A DNA stretch of 64,000 nucleotides. It comes from an uncultured delta proteobacterium (GTDB lineage: Bacteria; Desulfobacterota; Binatia; UBA9968). This document shows positions 48,928 to 59,421 of the stretch, piece after piece (positions within the stretch are counted from its first letter, which is position 1; every line of letters begins with the position of its first letter). The notes beneath the pieces are model-generated. The model was not told where the DNA came from and did not search any database. It saw only the letters and a program-made list of their open reading frames with translations. The stretch spans positions 64,001 to 128,000 of the forward strand of contig CAVUVW010000013.1 of assembly GCA_963745035.1 (NCBI GenBank), in the 5' to 3' direction. Position numbers and translations under genes: made by a program.

Positions 48928-51570
48928 ATGCGGTCTAGATAAACTGACGACAAAATCACAAGAAGCACTGCAGCAAGCTCAAGGGCTCGCCGAAAAGCGC
49001 AACCACCAGGCCATCGACGTAGAGCATTTGCTGTTCGCGTTGCTGGGACAGAAAGAGGGAGTGGTCTTCGCGCTGCTGCAAAAACTCGGCGTGCCGCTCG
49101 AGCACGGTAACCGAGCGATTGCAAAAAGCTCTGGATCGCTTGCCGCAAGTCACCGGCGCGGCCGGCCAAACTTACATCAGCGCCGCGCTTGAAAAAAGTT
49201 ATCGAAAGCGCCGAGTCCGAGGCCGAAGCGCTCAAGGACGAATACGTCTCCACCGAGCATCTGCTGCTCGCGATGGTGCAAGACAGCGGCGAAGCGGGCA
49301 AAGTCCTCAAAGAGCTCGGCGCCTCCCGCGAGAAGATTCTGCAACGCGCTTGGTCGAGCATTCGCGGCGCGCAGAGGATTACCGATCCCGAATCCGGAAG
49401 AAAAATATCAGGCTCTGGAAAAATATGGCCGCGACTTGACCGATCTGGCGCGCAAAGGAAAACTCGATCCGGTGATCGGCCGCGACGATGAGATTCGCCG
49501 GGTGATCCAGGTGCTGTCGCGCCGGACCAAGAATAATCCGGTGCTGATCGGCGAGCCCGGCGTCGGGAAAACCGCGATCGTCGAAGGACTGGCGCTGCGC
49601 ATCGTCAACGGCGACGTGCCTGAGGGGCTGAAAGAAAAGCGCCTGATCGCCCTCGATCTCGGCGCGCTGGTCGCCGGCGCAAAGTTTCGCGGCGAATTCG
49701 AGGACCGGCTCAAAGCCGTGCTCAAAGAAGTCACTGAGGCGAGCGGCCAGATCGTCCTTTTCATCGACGAGCTCCACACTCTGGTCGGCGCCGGCGCCGC
49801 CGAAGGCGCCATGGACGCCTCGAACATGCTCAAGCCCGCGCTCGCCCGCGGCGAGCTGCGCTGCGTCGGCGCGACGACCTTGGACGAATACCGTAAGCGC
49901 GTCGAGAAAGATCCGGCGCTGGAACGGCGCTTCCAGCAAGTCTATGTCGGCGAGCCTTCGGTCGAGGATACCATCGCGATCCTGCGCGGCTTGAAGGAAC
50001 GCTACGAAGTGCATCACGGCGTGCGCATCACCGACGGCGCGATCATCGGCGCCGCGACTTTGTCCCAGCGCTATATCAGCGACCGGTTCCTGCCGGACAA
50101 GGCCATCGATCTGATCGATGAGGCGGCGTCGCGCCTGCGCATCGAGATCGACAGCATGCCGATCGAGATCGACGAAGTGGAGCGAAAAATTCTCCAGCTC
50201 GAGATCGAAAAGCAGGCGCTCAAGCGCGAGGAGGACAAAGCCTCCCGGCAGCGGCTGGCCCAGCTCGAGCGCGAGATCGAGAATCTGAAAGAGACCTCCA
50301 GCGCTCTCAAAGCCCACTGGCAAAACGAAAAGGAGTCGATCCAGCGGATTCGCTCGCTCAAGGAAAAAATCGAGGCGACCAAGGTCGACGAGCAAAAGGC
50401 GCAGCGCGAGGGTGATCTTGAATCGCGCCGCGGAGCTGCGCTACGGCACTCTCACCCAGCTTCAGAAGGATCTTGAAGAGGCGAACCAGAAGCTCGCCGA
50501 GCTGCAGAAGAACCAAAAGATGCTCAAGGAAGAAGTCGACGCCGAGGACGTCGCCGAAGTCGTCGCCAAATGGACCGGCATTCCGGTTTCGAAGATGCTC
50601 GAGGGCGAGATTCAAAAACTGCTCAAGATGGAAGAGCGGCTGAAGCTCCGGGTGATCGGCCAGGAGAGCGCGATTCACGCGGTAGCCAACGCCGTGCGCC
50701 GCGCCCGCGCCGGCTTGCAGGACGAGAACCGGCCCATCGGCTCGTTCATCTTTCTCGGTCCGACCGGCGTCGGAAAAACCGAGCTGTGCCGGGCGCTGGC
50801 GGAATTTCTCTTCGACGATGAGCAGGCGATGGTGCGCCTCGACATGTCGGAGTTCATGGAGAAGCACTCGGTCTCGCGGCTGATCGGCGCGCCTCCCGGC
50901 TACGTCGGCTATGAAGAAGGCGGCTATTTGACCGAAGCCGTGCGCCGACGGCCGTATTCGGTTGTGCTGTTCGACGAGATCGAAAAGGCGCACCCGGACG
51001 TTTTCAATGCGCTTTTGCAGATTCTCGAAGACGGCCGCATGACCGACGGACAGGGCCGCACGGTGGATTTCAAGAACACGGTCATCATCATGACATCGAA
51101 CCTCGGCAGCCAGCACATTCAAGAGCTCGCTGCCAAGGATCGTAAGAGAAATGGAGCGGCTGGTCACCGCAGCCTTGCGCGAGTCGTTCAAGCCCGAGTT
51201 TTTGAACCGCGTCGACGAGACGATCATTTTCAACAATCTTGGCCGGGGCGAGATCGCCGCGATCGTCGAAATCCAGCTCAAGCGCCTGCGCAAGAATCTT
51301 GCGAGCCGGAAGATCTCGCTCGAGCTCACGGACGGCGCTAAGGAGCTGATCGCGGAGAAGGGCTACGATCCGGTCTACGGCGCCCGTCCGCTCAAGCGCG
51401 CGATCCAGACGATTGATTCAGGATCCGCTGGCGGTTAAGATTCTCGGCGGCGAATTCAAAGATGGCGATCGGGTCGAAGTCGAGGCGGAAACCGACGAGT
51501 TAAGCTTCCACCGCGGAGCGCCGCCGTCTTCCATGACGCGTACGAGCACGAGCAGAGGACGATTCATTGA
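48928..51570 (+). CDS. clpB: Chaperone ClpB; multiple frameshifts
   Basis: [23 protein letters not shown]-domain, [14 protein letters not shown] and GARPLKR; likely C-terminus ...EQRTIH. Confidence 0.95.
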
Positions 51571-51728
51571 CACCGTCGGCAAAGAAGATTCCGGCGGGGC
51601 TGGCCAGAGTGCGCAAGGAGCTTCCTCGTCCGGGAAAGATCATCACGAGCAAGAAGACGCTCCGGCGCCAGCGCGCTAAGGAACGGTTGCGCCGGGAGCT
51701 CCAAGAGACCTTGCCCGAATCTTCTTAG
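51567..51728 (+). CDS. 53-aa basic hypothetical protein (not in the ORF track)
   Basis: TTG start overlaps the presumed clpB TGA (TTGA); translates to [53 protein letters not shown]; followed by a terminator. Confidence 0.45.
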   Translation: MTPSAKKIPAGLARVRKELPRPGKIITSKKTLRRQRAKERLRRELQETLPESS

Positions 51729-51750
51729 AGAACTCCGCGAACTTTGATCG

Positions 51751-51793
51751 GAGGGAGCCGCGCCGCCAAGCCGAGCGCGCTCCCTCTTTTTTT
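51751..51793 (+). terminator. Intrinsic terminator
   Basis: gagggag-ccgcgc...gcgcg-ctccctc stem followed by a T7 run. Confidence 0.75.
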
Positions 51794-51798
51794 GTATC

Positions 51799-53235
51799 AT
51801 GGCCGACCCTCCGTCCAGCGATCCGAAAGCCCATGCGCGCCTGGTGCTCTACCAGGTGTCTCTCGGATTGGTTCTGGTCGCCATCAATCACCGCGCGATC
51901 CAGGTGGCCCTGCCGACCCTTACCCATGTCTTTCACGCCGATCTGTCGTTCATCCAGTGGGTATTGTTGGTGTATGACCTGGCGGTCATCGGGCTGGTCC
52001 TGACTTTGGGGCGGCTTGGCGATCTCTTCGGCCGAAAATGGATCTACATTGTCGGCTTTCTGATCTTCGTGCTCAGCTCGGCCTTCTGCGGCCTGGCGCA
52101 AACCTCGGCGCAACTGATCGCCGCGCGCGTGCTTCAAGGGATCGGCGGAGCCGTCATCCTGGCCAACGGACGCGCGCTCGTTTCGATCAACTCACTGCCG
52201 TCAGAACGGGGCAAGGCGCTGGGAATCACCTCGACGGCGTATCACGTCGGCTATTTCGCCGGGCCGACGCTGGGCGGGTTGATTATCGACACCATCGGTT
52301 GGCGCTGGATTTTTTTTGCAACTATGCCCATCGGCCTGGGCTGCGCTTACTTTGCCGCGCGGGTGCTGAAAGAACGGGAGAAAAGCGCGGCCGCCGTCAA
52401 AGTCGATTGGCTCGGCGCCATGTATTTGCTGCTCGCCAACATCGGCTTCGTCTATGCGCTCAATCAATTGCCTCATCTCGGCCTCGGCCATGCCGTGGTA
52501 TTTTCCTTTTTCCTCGTCTCGCTGGCGAGCCTCGCGCTTTTCGTGCATACCGAAAGACGCGCGCCAACGCCGATCTTGAGCCTGGCGCTTTTTCGCAACC
52601 GGCTCTTTACCTTTTCCAACTTGAGCCTGTTCTTCATCACTTCGACCCAGTCCGGGATCACCGTGCTGCTGCCTTTTTATCTGCAAAACCTGATGGATTT
52701 TACGCCGACGCAGATGGGCTGGCTGCTCATCGGCAGCTCGGCGGTGATCATCTTGTTTGCCCCGCTGGCCGGTTGGTTGTCGGACCGCTTCGGTTCCCGC
52801 CTGCTTTGCAGCGTCGGCGCGGCCATCGTCGTTCTCGGACAATATTTGATCGGCTCGTCTCACGCTCTCTTCCTCGATCTTTGACTTGGTCCTGCCTCAG
52901 GTTCTCATCGGTCTCGGCTGGGCGTTGTTCAATTCGCCCAATCAAAGCGCGATCATGAGCGCGGTGACGCGCGACCAAGTCGGCGCCGCCTCCGGCATGA
53001 CTGTCACCACCGCGCGGGTCGGCGGCGCCATCGGCATCGCGCTTGTCGGGCGCGATCATGACCTATGCGCTTGAGCGCCAGCGGACTCACGCCCGAACAG
53101 ATCGAGTCGCCGGAGAGCTGGAGCGCCCAGCCTCAGCAATTTCTCAACGCCTTCAGCTTCACCGCGCATTTCTTAAATGTCTTTGCGCTGCTGGCGATCT
53201 TGTGTTCCGCGCTACGCGGCGGCCGCAAGGACTGA
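51799..53235 (+). CDS. MFS transporter, DHA2/EmrB-like; frameshifted
   Basis: GRLGDLFGRK, ARVLQGIG, GPTLGG...GWRWIFF and FNSPNQSAIM. Confidence 0.9.
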
Positions 53236-53365
53236 TTTCGAGTTTCACCTGATTCAGGTTGTGGTGTCGATCTGCTTGAGCCTGCATTTCACCATGGCAT
53301 AGTGGGAATCTCATCGAGCAAACCGTGTTGTTACTTTGCAGCAGGAGAATCGACAACTCGAGTTC

Positions 53366-54799
53366 ATGGAATCGGTAAATGACCCTGCAACGAAGCGCGC
53401 TTCACGCTTGATCCTGCTGAGCGTATGCATAGGACAGATCATCGTCGGTCTCGATCTGCGCGCCATCACCGTCGCACTTCCGACCTTGACCACGAGCTTT
53501 CGCAGCGAGTTCACGACGATTCAATGGACCATTCTCGTCTACGATCTTGTCCTGATCGGCCTCATCATCACAATGGGCCGCCTCGGCGATCTTTTCGGCC
53601 GACGTAGGTTTTACAGCCTGGGCTTTCTCATTTTCGTTTCAGCCTCGGCGCTGTGCGGCCTTGCACAAACCACCGGGCAATTGATTTTCTTTCGCGCCGT
53701 GCAGGCCATCGGCGGGTCGATCATCGCGGCCAATGGCCGGGCGATCGTGTCGGTCAATTTGCCGCAGGCCGACCGCGGGCGGGCGCTCGGTTTGACCTCT
53801 ACCGCCTTTCACATCGGCTTTTTGACCGGACCGTCGCTGGGAGGATTTCTCATCGATTCCATCGGCTGGCGCTGGATCTTTTATATCAATATGCCCTTCA
53901 GCATTTGGGGCGCCTACCTCGCCTGGAAGGTCGTGCCGGAAAGCAAAGCTCGAGAAAAGATCGCCGTCGATATCTCCGGCGCAATACTTTTGCTTTTAAC
54001 CAACGGATTATTCATCTACGCCATTGACCAACTTCCGCGGGTGGGATGGCGCCACCCGGCCTTTCTGATAAGTTTGGCGCTTTCTATGGTTGGATTGTTT
54101 TTTTTTCTGCGCACTGAAGCCAAAGCCAAGACGCCGATTCTAGCGTTACAAATGTTCCGTGATCGCCTGTTCAGCGCGGGAATTTTGAGTTTGTTCTTAA
54201 TCGCCGGCACCTTGTCGGCGATTAACTTTCTTTTGCCGTTCTACCTCCAGTATCTCTTGGGCTACTCGCCATCCCAGATCGGTTGGATCATCGTCGTCGA
54301 CTCTGTGGTTATCATGGTCATGGCGCCCATCGCAGGCGCGCTCTCCGATCGCTTGGGGTCTCGCCTGCTCTGCACCATTGGTTGTGCCATCGTTGCGATC
54401 GCACAGTTCTTCCTGGCCTCGCTGGATATTCAAGCGTCGCTGCTGAGAATTATGGTTCCATTGTTGATCTGGGGCGTCGGTTGGGCGCTCTTCAACGCGC
54501 CCAACCAGAGTTCGATCCTCGGCGCCGTCACCCCCGAGAGAATCGGTGCCGCGGCGGGGATAATCGCGACCACTGCCCGCGCCGGCGGCGCCATGGGTGT
54601 GGCGCTCTCGGCCACTCTCTTTGGCCACCTCGTCGCGGGCGCCGGCTTTAGCAGCGCTCAAATCGGCAATCCCGAGAACTGGCGCGCCGCGCCCGAGGTG
54701 TTTATGGATGCGTTCAGCACGACGATTTATGTGCTTAACTTTTTCACGGCGCTGGCGATCATTTTTTCGGCCGTAAGAGGTCAAAGACGTATCGATTGA
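53366..54799 (+). CDS. MFS transporter, DHA2/EmrB-like (paralogue of the upstream gene)
   Basis: GRLGDLFGRR, GPSLGG...GWRWIFYIN and FNAPNQSSIL. Confidence 0.92.
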   Translation: MESVNDPATKRASRLILLSVCIGQIIVGLDLRAITVALPTLTTSFRSEFTTIQWTILVYDLVLIGLIITMGRLGDLFGRRRFYSLGFLIFVSASALCGLAQTTGQLIFFRAVQAIGGSIIAANGRAIVSVNLPQADRGRALGLTSTAFHIGFLTGPSLGGFLIDSIGWRWIFYINMPFSIWGAYLAWKVVPESKAREKIAVDISGAILLLLTNGLFIYAIDQLPRVGWRHPAFLISLALSMVGLFFFLRTEAKAKTPILALQMFRDRLFSAGILSLFLIAGTLSAINFLLPFYLQYLLGYSPSQIGWIIVVDSVVIMVMAPIAGALSDRLGSRLLCTIGCAIVAIAQFFLASLDIQASLLRIMVPLLIWGVGWALFNAPNQSSILGAVTPERIGAAAGIIATTARAGGAMGVALSATLFGHLVAGAGFSSAQIGNPENWRAAPEVFMDAFSTTIYVLNFFTALAIIFSAVRGQRRID

Positions 54800-54883
54800 T
54801 CCGATGGATTGAATTTTCCGAAGTGAGTATGGATGTCCCCGGCCCTTTGATGCTAATCGCCGATTACGATTCCATTCCCCGTC

Positions 54884-54914
54884 CGTCATTCCCGCATGCT
54901 TTTAGCGGGAATCC
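54884..54914. repeat. REP-like palindrome (GTCATTCCCGC...GCGGGAATCC type)
   Basis: cgtcattcccgc-atgctttta-gcgggaatcc. Confidence 0.65.
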
Positions 54915-54995
54915 AGGCGAGATCGTATCAACGGATCTTTGCGCTTGACATAAAGCAACACAGCTCACTAATCTCGTCATCGACCCGAGGTAGCT

Positions 54996-55997
54996 ATGAA
55001 GTTCGCAGCAAGAATTGTCCAACTCCTTATTACTGCCGCTCTGACAATCGCGAGCACATCCCATCCGGTGGCTGAGCTTTCAGCGGCAGAAGCGCCGAAC
55101 CTACGCATCGTCTACAACGCCCTCGGCGGCTCCATGGCGCCGATTTGGGTATCGCAAGAACTCGGTTTGTTCGCCAAGCACGGCTTGCAGCACAATCTCA
55201 ATTACCTCGCGGCGACCACCGCCGTCCAAGCTATGGCCGCCGGCAGCGAAGAAATCGGTCTCGTCGGCAATCAAGCTATCGATATGGCGCTGGAAGGCGC
55301 CGACACGATCTACGTCGCCAGCACCGTGCCACGCTTCATCTTCAGGCTCTACGGGGATGCGTCGATCCAGTCGATCAACGACCTCAAAGGAAAAATCGTC
55401 GCGGCCACCCAACCCGCGGCCTCGACCGATTACGCTACCCGCATGGTTTTGCGACGCTTCAATCTGACGCCGGACAAAGACGTCAAAATCCTCTACGCCG
55501 GCAGCATGCCAGCGCTGGTGACGATGCTCAAATCCGGCAATGCTCAAGCCGGCCTGATATCAGCGCCGACGACGTTTCAAGCGCAAGAATTGGGCTTGAA
55601 GCAGATCCTCAACGTCACCGACCTTAACATTCCGTTCATTTTTGTCGGCGTCGCCACGACGCGCAAGGTCATTCAGCAGAAACCGGACTCGATCACTCGG
55701 TTCCTACGCGCCTATACGGAATCCATCGCCATCATCAAGCGCGACAAAGAGACGGCGTTCAAGGCGATGGGCAAGTTTCTCAAGACCGACAACCGACAAA
55801 CGCTCGAGGGAATCTACGAGGAATACGCGAGCGCTTTTCAGCGCGTCCCGCTGATGACCAGAGAAGAGGTCAAAGCCGTCCTGGACGTGGCAAAAAGCCC
55901 GAAGGCCCAGCAAGTCAAACCGGAAGATTTTTACGACAATTCGTTCGTGCAAAAACTCGAAGCCTCGGGCTTCATCAACTCGCTCTACGCGCGCTGA
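54996..55997 (+). CDS. ABC substrate-binding protein, SsuA/NMT1-like
   Basis: GAGG RBS, PIWVSQELGLFAKHGL and DLKGKIVA. Confidence 0.87.
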   Translation: MKFAARIVQLLITAALTIASTSHPVAELSAAEAPNLRIVYNALGGSMAPIWVSQELGLFAKHGLQHNLNYLAATTAVQAMAAGSEEIGLVGNQAIDMALEGADTIYVASTVPRFIFRLYGDASIQSINDLKGKIVAATQPAASTDYATRMVLRRFNLTPDKDVKILYAGSMPALVTMLKSGNAQAGLISAPTTFQAQELGLKQILNVTDLNIPFIFVGVATTRKVIQQKPDSITRFLRAYTESIAIIKRDKETAFKAMGKFLKTDNRQTLEGIYEEYASAFQRVPLMTREEVKAVLDVAKSPKAQQVKPEDFYDNSFVQKLEASGFINSLYAR

Positions 55998-56018
55998 TCG
56001 TGGCAAGCGCAATGCAGG

Positions 56019-56078
56019 TCGAAGATAGAGCATCGATGATCGAGGATGGCGATCCTCTATCTTCGATCCTCCATTCTC
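56019..56078. repeat. Palindromic element with 7-nt tandem-unit arms
   Basis: tcgaaga tagagca tcgatga tcgagga tggc / gatcctc tatcttc gatcctc cattctc. Confidence 0.7.
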
Positions 56079-56094
56079 GGTTCAGGCAGCCATC

Positions 56095-57214
56095 ATGAGC
56101 TGGTATCTGCACATCGACATGGACGCGTTCTACGCATCCGTCGAGCAGGCGCTCGATCCCACGTTGCAAGGCAAAGCGGTCATCGTCGGCGGCCGCAGCG
56201 GCCGGGGCGTGGTCACCTCGGCCTCCTACGAGGCGCGCAAATTCGGCGTGCGCTCGGCGATGCCGGGTTTTCAAGCCAGGAAGCTTTGCCCTCACGGCGT
56301 CTTTCTGCCCAACCGCCGCCGCCTCTACGTTGAATTCTCGGGCAAGGTGTTTGCGATCCTCGAGCAGTACTCGCCCGAGGTTCATGCGCTCTCGATCGAC
56401 GAAGGTCTCATCGACCTGAGCGGCACCGACCGGCTTTTCGGCCCGCCGCTCAAGACCGCCGACGCGATCATTCGCCGCGTCGCAAGCGAGCTCGGCTTAC
56501 CGTCCTCCGGCGGCCTTTCGACGAGCAAAGTGGTCGCGAAAATCGCGGCGACCCTCGCCAAGCCGCACGGGCTCGTCTACGTGCCCGCCGGCTCGGAAAA
56601 GGATTTTCTTGCGCCGTTGTCCGTCGAGATGATTCCCGGAGTCGGTCCGAAAACCCACACGGCGCTCAATCAAAAAGGAATCAAGACCATCGGCGACCTC
56701 TTGCGCCGTGACGAGCTGGCGGGGCGCTACTTGGATCTCGAAGCTCTCAGAACGCGGCCATCGCCACGATCATTCCATCGGCAATGAGACGACTCTGGAA
56801 CAGCCGGCCAGAACCGTCGCGCAGATGGAAAAAGTCCTCTGGGAGCTGGTCGAAGAAGTCGGCGCCCGCCTGCGCCGCGAAAAACTTTTCGCCCGCTGCT
56901 TGACCGTCAAAATCCGCTACCCCAATTTTCATACCGTGACGCGCTCGCGCACCCTGGCGTCGCCGACCTGCTTCGACAAGGAAATTTTCTCGGTCGCAAG
57001 CGAGTTGCTGCGGCAAAATCTCCAGCGCGGCGGCGCCGTGCGGCTATTGGGCGTGAGCGCCAGCGCGCTCCAAAGCCGCGGCTGGCAGGAGCCGCTGTTT
57101 GACCGCGCGCGGCGCGATTCGTTCGAGAAGCTCTACAAAGGCATCGACGAGCTGCGCCGCAAATTCGGCGAAGACGCCGTCGGCGCAGCCACGCCGCGCC
57201 ACCGCTCCGGTTGA
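56095..57214 (+). CDS. dinB: DNA polymerase IV; frameshift near 56745
   Basis: HIDMDAFYASVE, SYEARKFGVRSAMP, SIDE, KPHG and VRLLGV. Confidence 0.93.
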
Positions 57215-57262
57215 TTTCCCGCGCAAAGCTTCCTACTGTTCTGGCGTTCGCTCCGAGACTTC

Positions 57263-58298
57263 ATGACCGCGACCCAGCATCCTTTTCTCGCCGCCTGTCG
57301 CCGCGAGCCGACTTCGTATACGCCGATCTGGCTGATGCGCCAGGCCGGGCGCTACATGGAAGATTACCGCACGCCTGCGCGCGCAGTACGACTTTCTCGA
57401 GCTGTGCAAACGGCCGGATCTGGCGGCGGAGATTACCGTCGCGCCGGTGGAGCGGCTGGGCGTCGATGCGGCGATCCTGTTCGCGGATATTTTGCTGATC
57501 CTCGAGCCGCTGGGAGTGGGTTTGGAATATTCCAAGGGCGACGGGCCGGTGATTCACCGCCCGGTGCGCGGCGCCCAAGATATCGACGCGTTGAAAAGCT
57601 TCGACCCGGCTCAGGAGCTTTCCTTCGTCTACGACGCGGTGAAGAAAACCCGCGCGGCGCTCAACGACAAAGTGCCGCTGATCGGTTTCGCCGGCGCGCC
57701 GTTTACCCTGGCGTCTTATTTAATCGAGGGCGGCGGCTCGCGCAATTACGCGCACACCAAGAAACTGTTTTATGCCGCGCCGGATGCTTGGCAGCGCTTG
57801 ATGGAACAACTTGCGCGGCTGGTCAGCGAATATTTGAATTGCCAGATCGCCGCCGGCGCACAAGCGGTTCAGCTCTTCGATAGCTGGGCCGGCTGCCTCA
57901 CGCCCGCCGACTATGAGCGCTTCGCCATGCCGTACACCAAAGCCGTGATCGACGCGGTCACCCCGGGAGTACCGGTGATCAACTTCAGTACCGGCACGGC
58001 CGGAGCGTTGAAGCAGCTCCGCGCCGCCGGCGGCGACGTGATCGGCTTGGACTGGCGGGTGAACCTCGACGACGGCTGGGCGGCAGTCGGCCACGACGTT
58101 GCCGTTCAGGGCAATCTCGATCCGGTGGCGCTGTTCGCCGCGCCCAAGGAAATCAAGACGCGCGCCGCGGAAATCTTGCGACGCGCCGCCGGGCGGCCCG
58201 GCCATGTTTTCAATCTCGGCCACGGCGTATTGCCGGAAACGCCGGTCGATCACGTCATCGCCCTCGTCGACGCGGTGCACGAGCTCAGCGCGAGGTGA
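57263..58298 (+). CDS. hemE: Uroporphyrinogen decarboxylase; frameshift near 57375
   Basis: [34 protein letters not shown] and FNLGHG. Confidence 0.95.
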
Positions 58299-58303
58299 AG
58301 GGT

Positions 58304-58407
58304 TGGAGTAATGGAGTACTGGAGTAATGGAGTATTGCGAAAGCCAACTTCGATGACAGCTAAGTTGCGTATGCCATTACTCCACCACTCCATTACTCCA
58401 TCACTCC
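58304..58407. repeat. Palindromic element with 8-nt tandem-unit arms and an internal hairpin
   Basis: tggagtaa tggagtac tggagtaa tggagtat ... caactt-N11-aagttg ... ccattact ccaccact ccattact ccatcact cc. Confidence 0.85.
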
Positions 58408-58419
58408 GGCATTAGTCCT

Positions 58420-59362
58420 GTGGCTCAGTCCTACGACGCCGTACTGCTCATCGCTTTCGGCGGCCCGACCGCGCCCGAGGAGATCCGACCGTTTCTCGAC
58501 CGCGTGACCAGAGGGATTCCGATCCCGCCCGAGCGCCTCGACGAGGTCGCCCATCATTATGAAGCCGTCGGCGGCAAGTCGCCGCTCAACGAGATTACTT
58601 TTCGCCAAGCCAAGGCGCTGCAAAAATTGCTGAACGACGAAGGCACGCCGCTCCCGGTTTACGTCGGCATGCGCAACTCCGCGCCCTTCTTCGCCGAAAC
58701 CCTCGAGCAAATGAGAAATGCCGGCGTAAAAAGAGCGTTGGGGTTCATTCTCTCGTCGCACCGTACCGAAGCGAGCTGGGAGCGCTATCAGAAAAATATC
58801 GCCGACGCGCGCGCCGAGATCGGCGCCGGCGCGCCGGCGATCGATTACTGCGGCGGCTGGCACGATCATCCGCTGTTCATTCAAACCTGGGTGGAGTTGC
58901 TACAAATCGCCTTCGCCAAAGTCGCAGTCGAACGAAGCGACTCCACGCCGCTGATCTTCACGGCGCACAGCTTGCCGGCCGCCATGGCGGCGCGCTCGCC
59001 CTACGTCGAGCAATTGAATACCAGCGCGCGCATGATCGCGGATAAACTCAGCCGCCGGAATTGGTCGCTCGCTTATCAGAGCCGCAGCGGCAAACCGGAC
59101 GATCCGTGGCTGGAGCCGGATGTCAATGAAACCCTCCGCAAACTCGCCGCCGAGGGCGCGCGGGACGTCGTCATTGCGCCGATCGGGTTTGTCTGCGACC
59201 ACGTCGAGGTGCTCTACGATCTCGACATCGAGGCGACGCAAGATCGCCGAGGATTTGCGTATGAATTTGGTGCGCGCGAGCTGCCCCAACGATCATCCGA
59301 CGTTTGTGCGCATGATCGCCAGCGTGATTGAAGCGAGGGTACGAGCCGAGGACGGAGGATAG
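58420..59362 (+). CDS. hemH: Ferrochelatase (actinobacterial CpfC-like); frameshift near 59235
   Basis: FGGP, GGKSP, FTAHSLP, YQSRSG...WLEPD and GFVCDHVEVLYDLD. Confidence 0.93.
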
Positions 59363-59410
59363 AGGATGGAGGATGGAAACGCTCCTCGATCATCGATTCT
59401 CTGTCCTCGA
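59348..59410. repeat. Palindromic element with 7-nt tandem-unit arms, overlapping the hemH stop
   Basis: gaggacg gaggata gaggatg gaggatg / gctcctc gatcatc gattctc tgtcctc. Confidence 0.75.
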
Positions 59411-59421
59411 GCTGTCTCGTC

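Noticed and set aside
48928-51570. Programmed frameshifting or true pseudogenisation of clpB and other core genes
   Set aside because: Breaks are numerous, lack consistent slippery sites and hit housekeeping genes; sequencing error is more parsimonious
58304-58407. CRISPR array
   Set aside because: Units are 8 nt, contiguous and inverted, with no repeat-spacer structure and no cas genes
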